Shown one piece after another: positions 41,301 to 54,480 of a stretch of 64,000 bases of DNA. Location of the stretch: NCBI RefSeq assembly GCF_009914755.1, contig NC_060926.1; one strand, 5' to 3'. A program made the translations under genes and the position numbers. The stretch is from the human T2T-CHM13v2.0 reference genome, Homo sapiens. How positions within the stretch are numbered: position 1 is the first letter of the stretch; each line of letters opens with the position of its first letter. Below the pieces are notes generated by a model, which had not been told where the DNA came from, did not search any database, and saw nothing but the letters and a program-made list of their open reading frames with translations.

Positions 41301-44300
41301 GTGTTTGCTCTTGCTTCTCTAGTTCTTTTAGTTGTAATGTTAGGGTGTCAATTTTAGTTCTTTCCTGCTTTCTCTTGTGGGCATTTAGTGCTATAAATTT
41401 CCCTCTGCACACGGCTTTAAATGTGTCACAGAGATTCTGGTATGTTGTGTCTTTTTCTCATTGGTTTCAAAAAACATCTTTATTTCTACCTTCATTTCAT
41501 TATGTACCCAGTAGTCATTCAGGAGCAAGTTGCTCAGTTTCCATGTAGTTGAGCAGTTTTGAGTGCGTTTCTTAATCCTGAGTTCTAGTTTGATTGCACT
41601 GTGGTCTGAGAGACACTTTGTTATAATTTCTGTTCTTTTACATTTGCTGAGGAGTGCTTTACTTCCAAATATGTGGTCAATTTTGGAATAAGTGTGATGT
41701 GGTGCTGAGAAGAATATATATTCTGTTGATTTGGGGTGGAGAGTTCTGTAGATGTCTATTAGGTCTGCTTGGTGCAGAGCTGAGTTCAATTCCTGGATAT
41801 ACTTGTTAACTTTCTGTCTCATTGATCTGTCTAATGTTGACATTGGGGTGTTAAAGTCTCCCATTATTATTGTGTGGGAGTCTAAGTCTCTTTGTAGGTC
41901 TCTAAGGACTTGCTTTATGAATCTGGGTGCTCTTGTACTGGGTGCATATATATCTAGGATAGTTAGCTCTTCTTGTTGAATTGATCCCTTTACCAATATG
42001 TTATGGCCTTCTTTGTCTCTTTCAATCTTTGTTGGTATAAAGTCTGTTTATCAGAGACTAGGATTGCAACCCCTGCTTTTTTCTTGTTTTCCATTTGCTT
42101 GGTAGATCTTCCTCCATCCCTTTATTTTGAGCCTATGTGTGTCTCTGCACGTGAGATGGGTCTCCTGAATACAGCACACTGATGGGTCTTAATTCTTTAT
42201 CCAATTTTCCAGTCTGTGTCTTTTAATTGGAGGATTTAGCCCATTTACATTTAAGGTTAATATTGTTATGTGTAAATTTGATCCTGTCATTATGATGTTA
42301 GCTGGTTATTTTGCTCATTAGTTGATGCAGTTTCTTCCTAGCCTCGATGGTCTTTACAATTTGGCATGCTTTTGCAGTGGCTGGTACCGGTTGTTCCTTT
42401 CCATGTTTAGTGCTTCCTTCAGGAGCTCTTGTAAGGCAGGCCTGGTGGTGACAAAATCTCTCAGCATTTGTTTGTCTGTAAAGGATTTTATTTCTGCTTC
42501 ACTTATGAAGCTTAGTTTGGCTGGATATGAAATTCTGGATTGAAAATTCTTTTCTTTAAGAATGTTGAATATTAGCCCCCACTCCCTTCTGGCTTGTAGA
42601 GTTTCTGCTGAGAGATCCACTGTTAGTCTGAAGGGCTTCCCTTTGTGGGTAACCTGACCTTTCTCTCTGGCTGCCCTTAACATTTTTTCCTTCATTTCAA
42701 CTTTGGCGAATCTGACAATTATGTGTCTTGGAGTTGCTCTTCTTGAGGAGTATCTTTGTGGCGTTCTCTGTATTTCCTGAATTTGAATGTTGGCCTGCCT
42801 TTCTAGTTGGGGAAGTTCTCCTGGGTAATATCATGAAGAGTGTTTTCCAACTTGGTTTGATTCTCCTCGTCACTTTAAGGTACACCAATCAGATGTAGAT
42901 TTGGTCTTTTCACATAGTCCCATATTTTTTGGAGGCTTTGTTCATTTCTTTTTACTCTTTTTTCTCTAAACTTCTCTTCTCACTTCATTTCATTCATTTG
43001 ATCTTCAATCACTGATACCCTTTCTTCCACTTGATCAAATTGGCTACTGAAGTTTGTGCATGCATCACGTAGTTCTTGTGCCATGGTTTTCAGCTCCATC
43101 AGGTCATTTAAGGACTTCTCTACACTGTTTATTCTAGTTAGTCATTCGTCTCATCTTTTTTCAAGGTTTTTAGCTTCTTTGTGATGGGTTCCAACATCTT
43201 CCTTTAGCTCAGAGAAATTTGTTATTACCGATTGTCTGAAGCCTTCTTCTCTCAACTCGTCAAAGTCATTCTCCATCCAACTTTGTTCCATTCCTGGCAA
43301 GGAGCTGCATTCCTCTGGAGGAGAAGAGGCACTCTCATTTTTAGAATTTTCAGTTTTTCTGTTCTGGTTTCTCCCCATCTTTGTGGTTTTTATCTACCTT
43401 TGGTCTTTGATGATGGTGATGTACAGATGGGGTTTTGGTGTGGATGTCCTTTCCGTTTGTTAGTTTTCCTTCTAACAGTCAGGACCCTCAGCTTCAGGTC
43501 TGTTGGAGTTTGCTGGAGGTCCACTCCAGACCCTGTTTGCCTGGGTATCACCAGTGGAGGGTGCAGAACAGCAAATATTGCAGAACGGCAAATGTTGCTG
43601 TCTGCTGATCCTTCTTCTGGAAGCTTCATCTCAGAGGGGCACCCGGCTGTATGAGGTGTCAATCGGCCCCTACTGGGAGGTGTCTCCCAGTTAGGCTACT
43701 CGGGGGTCAGGGACCCACTTGAGGAAGCAGTCTGTACATTCTCAGATCTCAAACTCCATGCTGGGAGAAGCACTACTCTCTTCAAAGCTGTCACACAGGG
43801 ACGTTTAAGTCTGCAGAAGTTTCTGCTGTCTTTTGTTCAGCTGTGCCCTGCCCCCAGAGGTGGAGTCTACAGAGGCAGGCCTCCTTGAGCTGCAGTGGGC
43901 TCCACCCAGTTTGAGCTTCCCAGCTGCTTTGTTTACCTACTCAAGCCTCAGCAATGGCAGACATCCCTACCCCAGCCTCGCTGCTGCCTTGCAGTTCGAT
44001 CTCAGACTGCTGTGCTAGCAGTGAGTGAGGCTCCATGGGTTTGGGGCCCTCCAAGCCAGGCACGGGATACAATCTCCTGGTGTGCCGTTTGCTAAGGCCA
44101 CTGGAAAACCTCAGTATTAGGGTGGAAGTGTCCCAATTTTCCAGGTACCATCTGTCATGGCTTCCCTTTGCTAGGAAAGGGAATTCCCTGACCCCTTGCG
44201 CTTCCCGGGTGAGGTGATGTCCTGCCCTGCTCCATGGGCTGCACCCACTGTCTGACAAGCCCCAGTGAGATGAAGCTGGTACCTCAGTTGGACATGCAGA

Positions 44301-44381
44301 AATCACCCATCTTCTGTGTCGCTCACGCTGGGAGCTGCAGACTGGAGCTATTCCTATTCAGCCATCTTGGAACCTCCCCCC
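38301..44381 (-). mobile_element. Full-length L1PA (approx. L1PA5-7), ORFs disrupted
   Basis: 5' end GGGGGGAGGTTCCAAGATGGC; ORF1 fragments at 42354..43378; ORF2 EN/RT/C-terminal fragments at 38593..41996; 3' end and poly-T at 38301-38314; TSD gagtgttacagctctt. Confidence 0.95.
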
Positions 44382-45005
44382 GAGTGTTACAGCTCTTAAA
44401 GGTGGCATGTCTGGAGTTGTTTGTTCCTCCCAGTGGGTTCATGGTCTTGCTGACTTCAGGAGTGAAGCCGCAGACCTTTGCAGTGAATGTTACAGCTCAT
44501 AAAGCTAGTGGGGACCCAAAAAGTGAGCAGCAGCAAGATTTACTGTGAAGAGCAAAAGAACAAAGCTTCCACAGGGTGGAAAGGGACCAGAGTGGGTTAT
44601 CGCTGCTGGCTCAAGTGGCCAGCTTTTATTTCCTTGTTTGGCCTCGCCCATGTCCTGCTGATTGGTCCATTTTACAGAGCGCTGATTGGTCCATTTTACA
44701 GAGTGCTGATTGGTCCGTTTTACAGAGTGCTGATTGGTGCATTTTTACAGATTGCTGATTGGTGCGTTTACAAACCTTTAGCTAGACAAGGAGCGATTAT
44801 AGGTGCATTTTTACAGAGTGCTGATTGGTGCGTTTACAGACCTTTAGCTAGACACAGAGTGCTGTTTGGTGTGTTTGTAATCCTTTAGCTAGACAGAAAA
44901 GTTCTCCAAGTCCCCACCCAACCCAAAAGCCCAGCTAGCTTCACCTCTCAATCCCCCCTCTAAACAGGACACTGCAACTGCTGTGGGAATTGGGCAATGA
45001 CCACT

Positions 45006-46133
45006 CTAGCTACTTCCTGCTGGATAGGGGAGAAGAAGGGGCCCTGCAGTTGTAGTGTCCTCCAGAGGGGAACTCTTTAGGCCAGTGAAAGAGCCAGCAG
45101 GTTGGTCCAGAGGTCCTCGGTAGAAGTTGTTAGTTGAGCTCATTTGGGGTTCCACTTGTAAGACCATCTGTAGCTTGATGGCTTCGATTCTAGAGGAAAC
45201 AAATTTGACAAGGAGGTTAAAAATACAGGGCCCAAAGACGAGTAATAGCAAGATGGTTGCCACCAGACCTAGAAAGGGGAGAAGCCATGTTGCCCAACTT
45301 TAGAGGTTGGTATAAGAGTTTGAAAGGCATCCTCTGATTTCAGAAGCCTTTTCCTGTAAATCCTGAGCAGCATCTCATACTATCCTTGACTGGTTAGTGT
45401 AAAAACAACACTCTTCCCCTAAGAAGGTGCAGAGTCCTCCTTTCTCAGCAGTGAGGAGGTCTAGGCCTCGGTGGTTTTGGAGAGTCACTGTTGCCAAAGA
45501 GTCTATTTGGGATTGTAGAGTAAGGATAGATTTTGTTATTTCTTGTAAACTGTCTGAGAAATTCTTTGAGAGTGTGTGGTAGTAGGATAATGAAGTAGAT
45601 AAACTGGCTATTCCAGTTCCTGTAGCAGTAACCATTCCTAACCCTATAAGTAGGGTTAAGTTGTATTGGTTGTATGGCTTTGCACTGATGGACTTGAGCT
45701 TTGAGGGGTACTGATAGGGTCTGATTTCATGGGGCAATGTTAATGTTGGGACTTAGAAAGACTAAGGTGCAGATGCCTGTCCAGTTAGTGGGGAGGCAGA
45801 TATAGGTCAACATTCCACATAAGAAGAATATACCTTGGCTGGGTAGACAGAACTGGTTGTGTATGTTAAAAAGGTGTGTGAGTTTGTTGTTTTCATTTTT
45901 TCATATTTCTAGAGTACTTGCCAGGGTTGCTCCAGTGAGTGGCTGGAAAGGGGTGTTGGGAGCAAACTGAGTGGCTCCCTGTGTTCTATTTTATTTTCAT
46001 TCCGGAAGGAGCTACAGTATACAGTCCTATCACAAAGAGTATGGTTAGTATGCTGCTTAATAATATGATGAAATAGTAAAAGGATTCCATTAAAGGGGCA
46101 AGGAGAGGTGTTAAAGATTATGTAGGTTTTCAT
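45006..46133 (-). pseudogene. ERV9 env remnant (TM fusion peptide, ISD LQNHRGLDLL, CX6CC)
   Basis: ORFs 45375..45737 and 45006..45263; SU largely missing. Confidence 0.88.
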
Positions 46134-46199
46134 TTATCTTTTTTAAGGAGGAAGGGGTTTTTCTTCAGGATCAGTGGTAGGAGCCTTTTTTGTCTCAGA

Positions 46200-47945
46200 T
46201 GTTTCCTTCCAAAATAGAAGATGCAAGTCCTCCAATTGTTTGCAGGTGTATCAAGGCTGGTCTGGCCGATCTTGGGACTCCTGAGCTGACGGTTCTGCAG
46301 GTTCCTCAGAGGATATCCAAAATTTAACTCAGGTGTGGTGAATCCAAGATTCTACTCCTGCCACCTTAACCATAGTGGGGGTACAGAGGATTACTGAGTA
46401 TGGTCCTTCCCACAAAGAGTCCATAGACGGGGAGGTAGAGGGGAGATATTTGGCCAACACTAGATCTCCTGGTTGAAACAACTCTGATCCCTTTTTTCTG
46501 TGACATCCTTCAGGTAGGTTTTTAAGGTTTTGTTAATATGTTGCCAAAGAAGTTATATATTTGACCAGGTTGGCCGTTTCCTGATCAAGTAGGAGGTTAT
46601 TTGTGAGAAAAGGTCGTCCATACAGCATTTCATATGGACTGAGCCCCATTTTGTGAGGAGAATTTCAGATTTTCAACAAGGCCATGGGCAAAAGAGTAGG
46701 CCATGGGAGATGAGTTTCTTGTGTTAGTTTCCTCGAGTGCCTCTTGAGTGTTTCATTTGCCTTCTCGACTTTCCCTGAGGATTGTGGCCTCCAGGCACAG
46801 TGAAGGTGATATTGTATCCCTAGCACCCTGGAAATTCCCTGGGTTATCGTGGCTTTAAAAGCTGGACCATTGTCACTCTGTAAGCTTTGGGGAAGCCCAA
46901 ATCTAGGAATTATTTCATGAATTAAGACTTTAATCACTTCCTGAGCCTTCTCTGTCTTGCAGGTGGAAAGCTTCTGTCCAATTTGTAAAGATATCAACAC
47001 AGACCAACAAGTATTGAAATCCCTTTGACTTAGGCATATGGGTGAAGTCTAACTGCCAGTCCTCTCCAGGATAGTGACCTATCCTTTGTTCCCCCAAAGG
47101 GGCCTTACGATGGACCAAGGGATTATTCCTTTAGCACACCTCACAGGCTTTGACTACCTGTCAGGTGGTCCAGAGGAGATTTGGTCCTATAAATAGGGAT
47201 TTGGCCATTTAATGAGTGTTTTCAATACCCATATGAAAAGTTTGGTGGAGGGTTTTAAGTACTTTCAACTGGCTGGCTTCGGGTATAAGTACCTTTCCTA
47301 CTTCTGTCATTAACCACCCCAAGGGGAGAAAACTATGCCCCCATGAATGTCCCCATTCTGTTTCAGTCAGGGAATAGTGGGGCTTAATCTCTTGGAGGGG
47401 GTTGTTCCATATCAAGAGTCCTTCCATAGGTATTTCTAATGGGCGGTTCCACCTGGCAGCAATTTTGACCTCAGCATCTGCCCAGCGGTTTCCTTCTGCC
47501 TTTTCTCCTTCACCTTTCTGATGGCTTTGGCAGTGTAAGACTGCCACCTCCTTGAGTTTTTGCACAGCATGCAATAACTCCATAATTTCCATGTGGTATT
47601 TAATGGGGGTTCCCCCAGAGGTTAGGAACTCCCTTTCTTTCCATATTGCAACATGGGCTACTAGATAAGCATACTTGCTATCTGTATATACATTTATTCT
47701 TTTTCCCTTTCCCTATTCTAATGCTCAGGTAAGTGCCACTAGTTCTGCTAACTGGGCGCTGGTCCCTGGGGGAAGAGGCTTACTTTCAGGTATAGTTACA
47801 TCACTAACTATGGCATAACCTGCCCTTCATATCCCATTCTCCACAAATGAACTTCCATTGGTATATACATTAAGGTCAGGATTAGCTAAGGGGACTTCCA
47901 AGAGATCATCTTGGGTGGCATAATTCTGGACTATAATTTGTTGGC
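46200..47945 (-). pseudogene. ERV9 pol remnant, RNase H/integrase part
   Basis: PGEDWQLDFTHMP, IIPRFGLPQSLQSDNGPAF, WRPQSSGKVEKAN motifs. Confidence 0.9.
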
Positions 47946-50900
47946 TGTTGGGAACAGGCCCCCCAAAATCTGGCCATTAACTGGCCCCAAAACTGGCCAT
48001 AAACAAAATCTCTGCAGCACTGTGACATGTTCATGATGGCCATGATGCCCACACTGGAAGGTTGTGGGTTTACTGGAATGAGGGCAAGGAACACCTGGCC
48101 CACCCAGGGCAGAAAACCACTTAAAGGCATTCTTAAACCACAAACAATAGCATGAGTGATCTGTGCCTTAAGGATATGCTCCTGCTGCAGATAACTAGCC
48201 AAACCCATCCCTTTATTTTGGCCCATTCCTTTGTTTCCCATAAGGAATACTTTTAGTTAATCTATAATCTATAGAAACAATGCTTATCACTGGCTTGCTG
48301 TCAACAAATACGTGGGTAAATCTCTGTTCGAGGATCTCAGCTCTGAAGGCTGTGAGACCCCTGATTTCCCACTCCACACCTCTATATTTCTGTGTGTGTC
48401 TTCAATTCCTCCAGCACCACCAGGTTAGGGTCTCCCTGACCAAGCTGGTCTTGGCAAGTGGCGTCCATCATGGGGGCTTGAATCCAGGTCGAAGGTCACC
48501 GGAGCGACGGTTGGAGAACGTGGAACTAAGCTGGAGGACAACTGAGTACTGTTAAAGCAATCCCCATGGTGAGTAAGAAGAGGAGCTCAGAAGCATCAGG
48601 GTAACAATGGGACAAGTGTGGGCTCTGGTTTGTTCCACCTTGGAACATTTTCACACTGATGATGAGGAGGAAGGCGAGTATAACGAAGTAACAGAAGAGG
48701 TTACAGAGCAGGTTTGTTTGCCGGCTAAAACTAAAGCAGCAAAGGAGGTAGAGGTTCATCCCTACCCTTCTGCACCCCCTCATTATTATTTTAAAGTAAA
48801 ACAGTGGCCTGACCTTCCAGATCTTTCTTTTCCAGAGGACACTGGGTGAAAAGTAGTTGCCCCAGTGACTGTTCGAGCAGTGCCTCAAGCGACCACTCTC
48901 AGTTCTATTCAGGCAGGAATTCGGCAAGCTAGACAAGAGGGTGATATAGAGGCTTGGCAGTTCCCTGTTAGAATACACCCCCCAGATCAACAAGGAAATA
49001 TTATAGCTACATTTGAGCCTTTTCCTTTTAAATTTGGGAAAGCACATTTAGTTGATTATATCAAGGCCTGTGATGCTATCGGAGGTAATCTGCATAAAGC
49101 TACCTTGTTGGCACAGGCAGTGGCAGGACTGAGAGTGGATAAAAGAAATACTCTGTTTCCTGGAGCTTGTTTTAACTGTGGGAAGCATGGTCATACTAAA
49201 AAAGAATGTAGAAAAAATCAGTGAGTCAGGCCACCAGAAAGGGGAGAAAAGAAAACTGCTGAGCCTGAAATATGTCCAAAATGTGTAAAAGGAAAACATT
49301 GGGCTAATCAGTGTCACTCTAAGTTTGATAAAGATGGGAACCTGATTTTGGGAAAGGCCATGAAGGGCCCATCCCAGGCCCCATTCCAAATCAGGGCATT
49401 TCCAGCTCAGGCCATTCCCTCACCCCTGTACAATGTTTGTCCCCTGCCACAGCTGGTAGTGCCACAGTAGATTTATGCTGCACAAAAGCTGTGAGCCTTC
49501 TGCCTGGTGAACCCCTGCAAAAGGTCCCAGTCTGTGGACCCTTGCCAGTGGGGACGATAGGATTACTTCTAGGCAGGTCTAGTTTGAATTTAAAAGGGGT
49601 ACAAATACATACAGGAGTCATTGATTCAGATTACAATGGGGAAACTCAAATTGTTATATCTGCTTCTGTTCCCTGGAAAGCAGAGCCAGGACAGTGCATA
49701 GCACAGCTCCTGATTGTGCCATATGTGGGAATGGGGAAAAGTGAAATTAAATGAACAGGAGGATTTGGAAGCACAAATAAACAAGGCAAAGCAGCTTATT
49801 GGGTAAATCAAATTACTGATAAACATCCTACCTGTGAAATAACTATTCAGGAAAAGAAACTTAGAGGTTTGGTAGATACAGGAGTGGACCTTTCAATCAT
49901 TTCTCTACAGTACTGGCCATCCACATGGCCAATTCAACCTGCTCAATTTAACATAGTTGGAGTTGGTAAAGCCCCTGAAGTATATCAAAGCAGCTATATT
50001 TTGCATTGTGAAGGGCCCCATGGACAACCTAGGACTATTCAACCAATTATAACTTCTGTACCTATAAATTTATGGGAGAGAGATTTATTACAACAATGGG
50101 GAGCACAAATTCTAATTCCAGAACAACTATATAGCTGTCAAGTCAACATATGATGTATAAAGTGGTGTACATCCATGGTATAAGACTAGGAAAAAATTTG
50201 CAATGTTTAAAGGAACTGCTTCAAGCGGAAAGACAAAGTTCCTGCCAAGGTTTAGGATATTTTGATGGTGGCCATTGTTAAGCCTCCAGAACCTATGCCT
50301 TTAAAATGGTTAACTAATAAGCCAATTTGGATAGAACAATGGCTGCTGAGTAAAGAGAAACTGGGGCCTTTAGAGGACTTAAAATTGGCCTTTAATAGTC
50401 ATAGATTTAAAAGACTATTTCTTTACTATCCCCTTAGCTGAGCAAGACTGTAAACGGTTTGCATTTACAATTCCTGCAGTAAACAACCTGCAGCCTGCTA
50501 ACTGTTTTCATTGTTTTACAGATGGGTCTAGTAATGGTAAAGCTTCTTATTCTGGCTCAAAAATTAAAGTTTTCCAGACTTCCTATACTTCAGCTCAAAA
50601 GCAGAGCTTGTAGCTGTAATTGAGGTATTGACTGCTTTTGATATGCCTATTAATGTGATTTCTGATTCTTCATACATGTTTCATTCCACACAGTTAATTG
50701 AAAATGCTCAGTTATGATTTCATACAGATGAACAACTGATGACAAAAACAAAAAAGGGGGAGAAACAGGGATTACAAAACAGCCCATATACAACTGAATC
50801 TAGCATTATTAACTTTAAATTTTTTGAGCCTGCCCAAATGCCAGATATTATCAGCAGCTGAACAGCATCTACAGAAACCAGCTGCAAAGACAAAAGCAGA

Positions 50901-52695
50901 ACAGCTGGTTTGGTGGAGAGATCCAATAACAGAAAGTTAGGAAATAGGTAAAATAATAACTTGGGGTAGAGGTTATGCTTGTGTTTCTCCAGGCCAAAAG
51001 CAACAGCCAATTTGGATACCATCAAGACACCTGAAAGCTTATCATGAGCCAGATGCCAAGGAAGAGACTCTGGGAGGATCCCCAGGATCCCGAGGAACCC
51101 CCGGTTGCAGCCATGTTTAGGCTGATGCTGAGAAGGACCTCAACTGTCACGAGCAACACTCATCGAACACAGCCACCCACCTAGGGACAGATCAAGAAGC
51201 TGTCACAGATGGTGGAAGAAAACCTGAGTTAAGCAGGACAACCAGTCACAATGAGTAATTTAATGGTAGCTATGATAGTGGTGATCACCATTGCCATGAG
51301 TATTCCTTCAACAAGGGCTGACACAGGAACAATTATACTTATTGGGCATATTTATCAATCTTGGCTGGCAATAATGCCTGGATATAACCACTCTATGGCA
51401 TAGTTGCACATGCTTTCTGATCCCAGTATTTACCATAATAAATCTGCTCCTATAATTGAGGCATACCACCCTCAAAAACCTATTTGTAAACAAAATAGAA
51501 CCTGGCCAGAAACAATGAACATACTTGTTTAGGAAAATTGCATTGCAGAACAGGCAGAGGTGCTGCACAATGATTCCTATGGAATCATTATTGATTGGTC
51601 CCCTAAGGGGATGTTTAGCTTAAATTGCCCCTCTCAGTCTGTGTGCCATGGCCACACTATGTTCAGCTGGTCTGAACAAAACGGTCAGATGGTAGAAATG
51701 CCAAGAAGTATGGCAAGAGTTCCTATTATCTGGAACCATGGCAGTATAGTGGCCCCTCAACCTCAAATGATATGGCCTGCTCTAGGAGCTTAACATAAGG
51801 ATTTGTGGAAACTACTAATAGCTCTTAATAAGATCAAAATTTGAGAAAGAATTTAAAAAGCATCTAGAAGGACACTCTACAAACTTGTTTTTGGATATTG
51901 CAAAATTAAAAGAATAAATATTTAAAGCATCCCAGGCACATTTGACCTTAATGCCAGGAACTGGAGTGCTTGAAGGAGATGCAGACAGATTAGCAGCTAG
52001 TAACCCATTAAAATGGATAAAAAAACTTGGAAGCTCTGTGATTTCAATGATGATTGTGCTTTTAATCTATGTTGTTTGTCTTCGTATAGTCTGCAGATGC
52101 AGATCCTGACTCTTACAAGAAGTAGCTCACCATAACAAAGCTGCCTTTGCTTTTATCACTTTGCAAATCAAAGAAGGGGGACATGTTGGGAACAGCCCCC
52201 CCCCCCAAAATCTGGCTATTAACTGGCCCCAAAATTGGCCATAAACAAAATCTCTGCAGCACTGTGACATGTTCTGGCCATGACACCCACGCTGAAAGGT
52301 TGTGGGTTTACCAGAATGAGGCAAGGAACACCTGGCCCACCCAGGGCGGAAAACCATTTAAAGGCATTCTTAAACCACAAACAATAGCATGAGTGATCTG
52401 TGCCTTAAGGATATGCTCCTGCTGCAGATAACTAGTCAAACCCATCCCTTTATTTCAGCCCATCCCTTTGTTTCCCATAAGGAATGCCTTTAGTTAATCT
52501 ATAATCTATAGAAACAATGCTTATCACTGGCTTGCTGTCAGTAAATACGTGGGTAAATCTCTGTTCAAGGTTCTCAGCTCTGAAGGCTGTGAGACTCCTG
52601 ATTTCCCACTCCACAGCTCTATATTTCTGTGTGTGTGTCTTTAATTCCTCTAGCACCACTGGGTTAGGGTCTCCCCGACTGAACTGGTCTCGGCA
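47946..52695 (+). mobile_element. HERV-K(HML-3)/HERVK9 provirus with MER9 LTRs, internally deleted
   Basis: LTRs at 47946-48456 and 52184-52695; Lys-type PBS tggcgtccatcatggggg; PPT aaagaaggggga; two NC zinc knuckles, dUTPase (GVIDSDYNGE), protease (LVDTG), pol and env fragments; TSD gttggc/gttagc. Confidence 0.92.
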
Positions 52696-54480
52696 GTTAG
52701 CAGTCATGCTCAATTGGTTCCCCATCCTCTGGGAGAAAAGTGGCAGGGTTGAGGGCCATGCATATACATATTTGAAGCACTGGTCCCTCAAGGAGTGGCA
52801 CCTGGTATCTAAGTAGGTGGTTGTCTGATAGCCATAAACTTCCTTTGGCACCTAGTATGCCATTTACATCATGAATAGTCCAGACAGTGATATACTTTCC
52901 TTGTATTATTTTGATAGCCTCTGACACAAAGACAGCCACTGCCACAACTACCCATAAACAGTGAGGCCAGCCTTTTGCTACTACATCAATTTCCTTACTT
53001 AGGTATGCCACTGGTTGTGGGTTGTTCCACGAGTTTCAGTAAGGACTGCAAGAGCTATCCCTGCTCTCTCTGTGACGTATAAAGAGAAGTTTTGTCCTGT
53101 GGGAAGGCTTAAAGCTGGAGCTTGTACTAGGGCCTGCTTTAAGGTTTTGAAGGCTGTTTCTGCCCCTGGTTCCCATTCTACTAGATGAATATTTGCCCTC
53201 TGGGTCTCCTTGATTAGAGTATAGAGAGGCCTGGCTATCTCACTGTATCTGGGGATCCATAGTCAGCAAAAGCCAGTGATTCCAAGGAACCCCCACAACT
53301 GTTTTAATGTCTTAGGGTGAGGATAAGCCAATATAGTCTGTATTTGTTCCTTGCTAAGGGCCCTGGTCCCTCTGGCTAAGATGAGGTCTAGATATTTGAC
53401 CTGCTGTAGGCAAATATGGGCCTTCTATCTAGATGCCTTGTACCCTTGATTAGCTGGAAAGTTCAAGAGATCTAGAGTAGCCTGATGATATGAGGCTTCC
53501 AAACTGGTAGCCAAAAGTAAATCATCCACATACTGAAGGACCAGAGTGCCTGGACTTGAGAAGTGGCCTAGATCTTGGGCCAGTGCCTGACCAAACAGAT
53601 GAGGGCTATCCCTAAACGCCTGGGGCAAGTTCACCCACATAAGTTGGGACACGTGGTTGTGGGATCCTCAAAGGCAAAGAGAAACTGGGAGTCAGAGTGC
53701 AGGGGAATACAGAAGAAGGCATCCTTGACATCCAGAACAGTGAACCATTCTGCTTCCTCTGGTATTTGAGAGAGCAGGGTATAGGGGTTGGGTATAACTG
53801 GATATAGAGGAATTACTGCCTCATTGACGAATCTAAGATCTTGCACTAGTCTCCACTAACCATTTGGTTTTTGTACTCCTAGAATTGGGGTGTTGCAGGG
53901 ACTGCTGCATTTCCTTATTAAGGCTTGAGCTTTAAAATGTTTAACAATATTCTGTAATCCTTTATGAGCTTCAGGCCTTAAGGGATATTGCCTTTGATAA
54001 GAAAAAGTGGTGGGGTCTTTTTGCCTGATTTGGACTGAGCGGGCATTTTTTGCCCTTCCAAATTGTCCTTCCAATGCCCAGACTTCAGGGTTGATTCCCT
54101 CCTCAAATAGGGGACAACAAATGGGTAACTTGTTCCCCATATTCATGTAGATAATAGCTCCATCTTTGGCTAGTATATCCCTCCCTAATAAGGGTGTGGG
54201 ACTTTCAGGCATGACAAGAAAGGCATGTGAAAAGAGCAAAGTCTCCCAATTACAACTGAGGAGGTGGGAGAAATACCTGGTTACAGGCTGTCCCAGGATT
54301 CCTTGGATGGTAATGGACCTTGAGGACAGTCGTCCAGGACAAGAGACTAACACTGAGAAGGCCACACCAGTGTCCAGGAGGAAGTCAATTTGCTGGCCTT
54401 CAATGGTTAAACATACCCGGGACTCAGTGAGGGTGATGACATGAGCTGGTGCTTGCCCCAGGCACCCTCAGTCCTGTTGT
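52696..54480 (-). pseudogene. ERV9 pro-pol remnant (protease and RT)
   Basis: [46 protein letters not shown] motifs. Confidence 0.9.

Noticed and set aside
39140-41996. Long L1 ORF2 fragments as an active retrotransposon
   Set aside because: Multiple frameshifts and stops, plus a 9-codon deletion just before the FADD motif.
44650-44880. Regularly spaced short repeats superficially like a CRISPR array
   Set aside because: Ordinary LTR12 CCAAT tandem repeats with no unique spacers; eukaryotic context.
45006-45737. Syncytin-like domesticated env
   Set aside because: Fragmented frame, SU mostly deleted, stops in TM.
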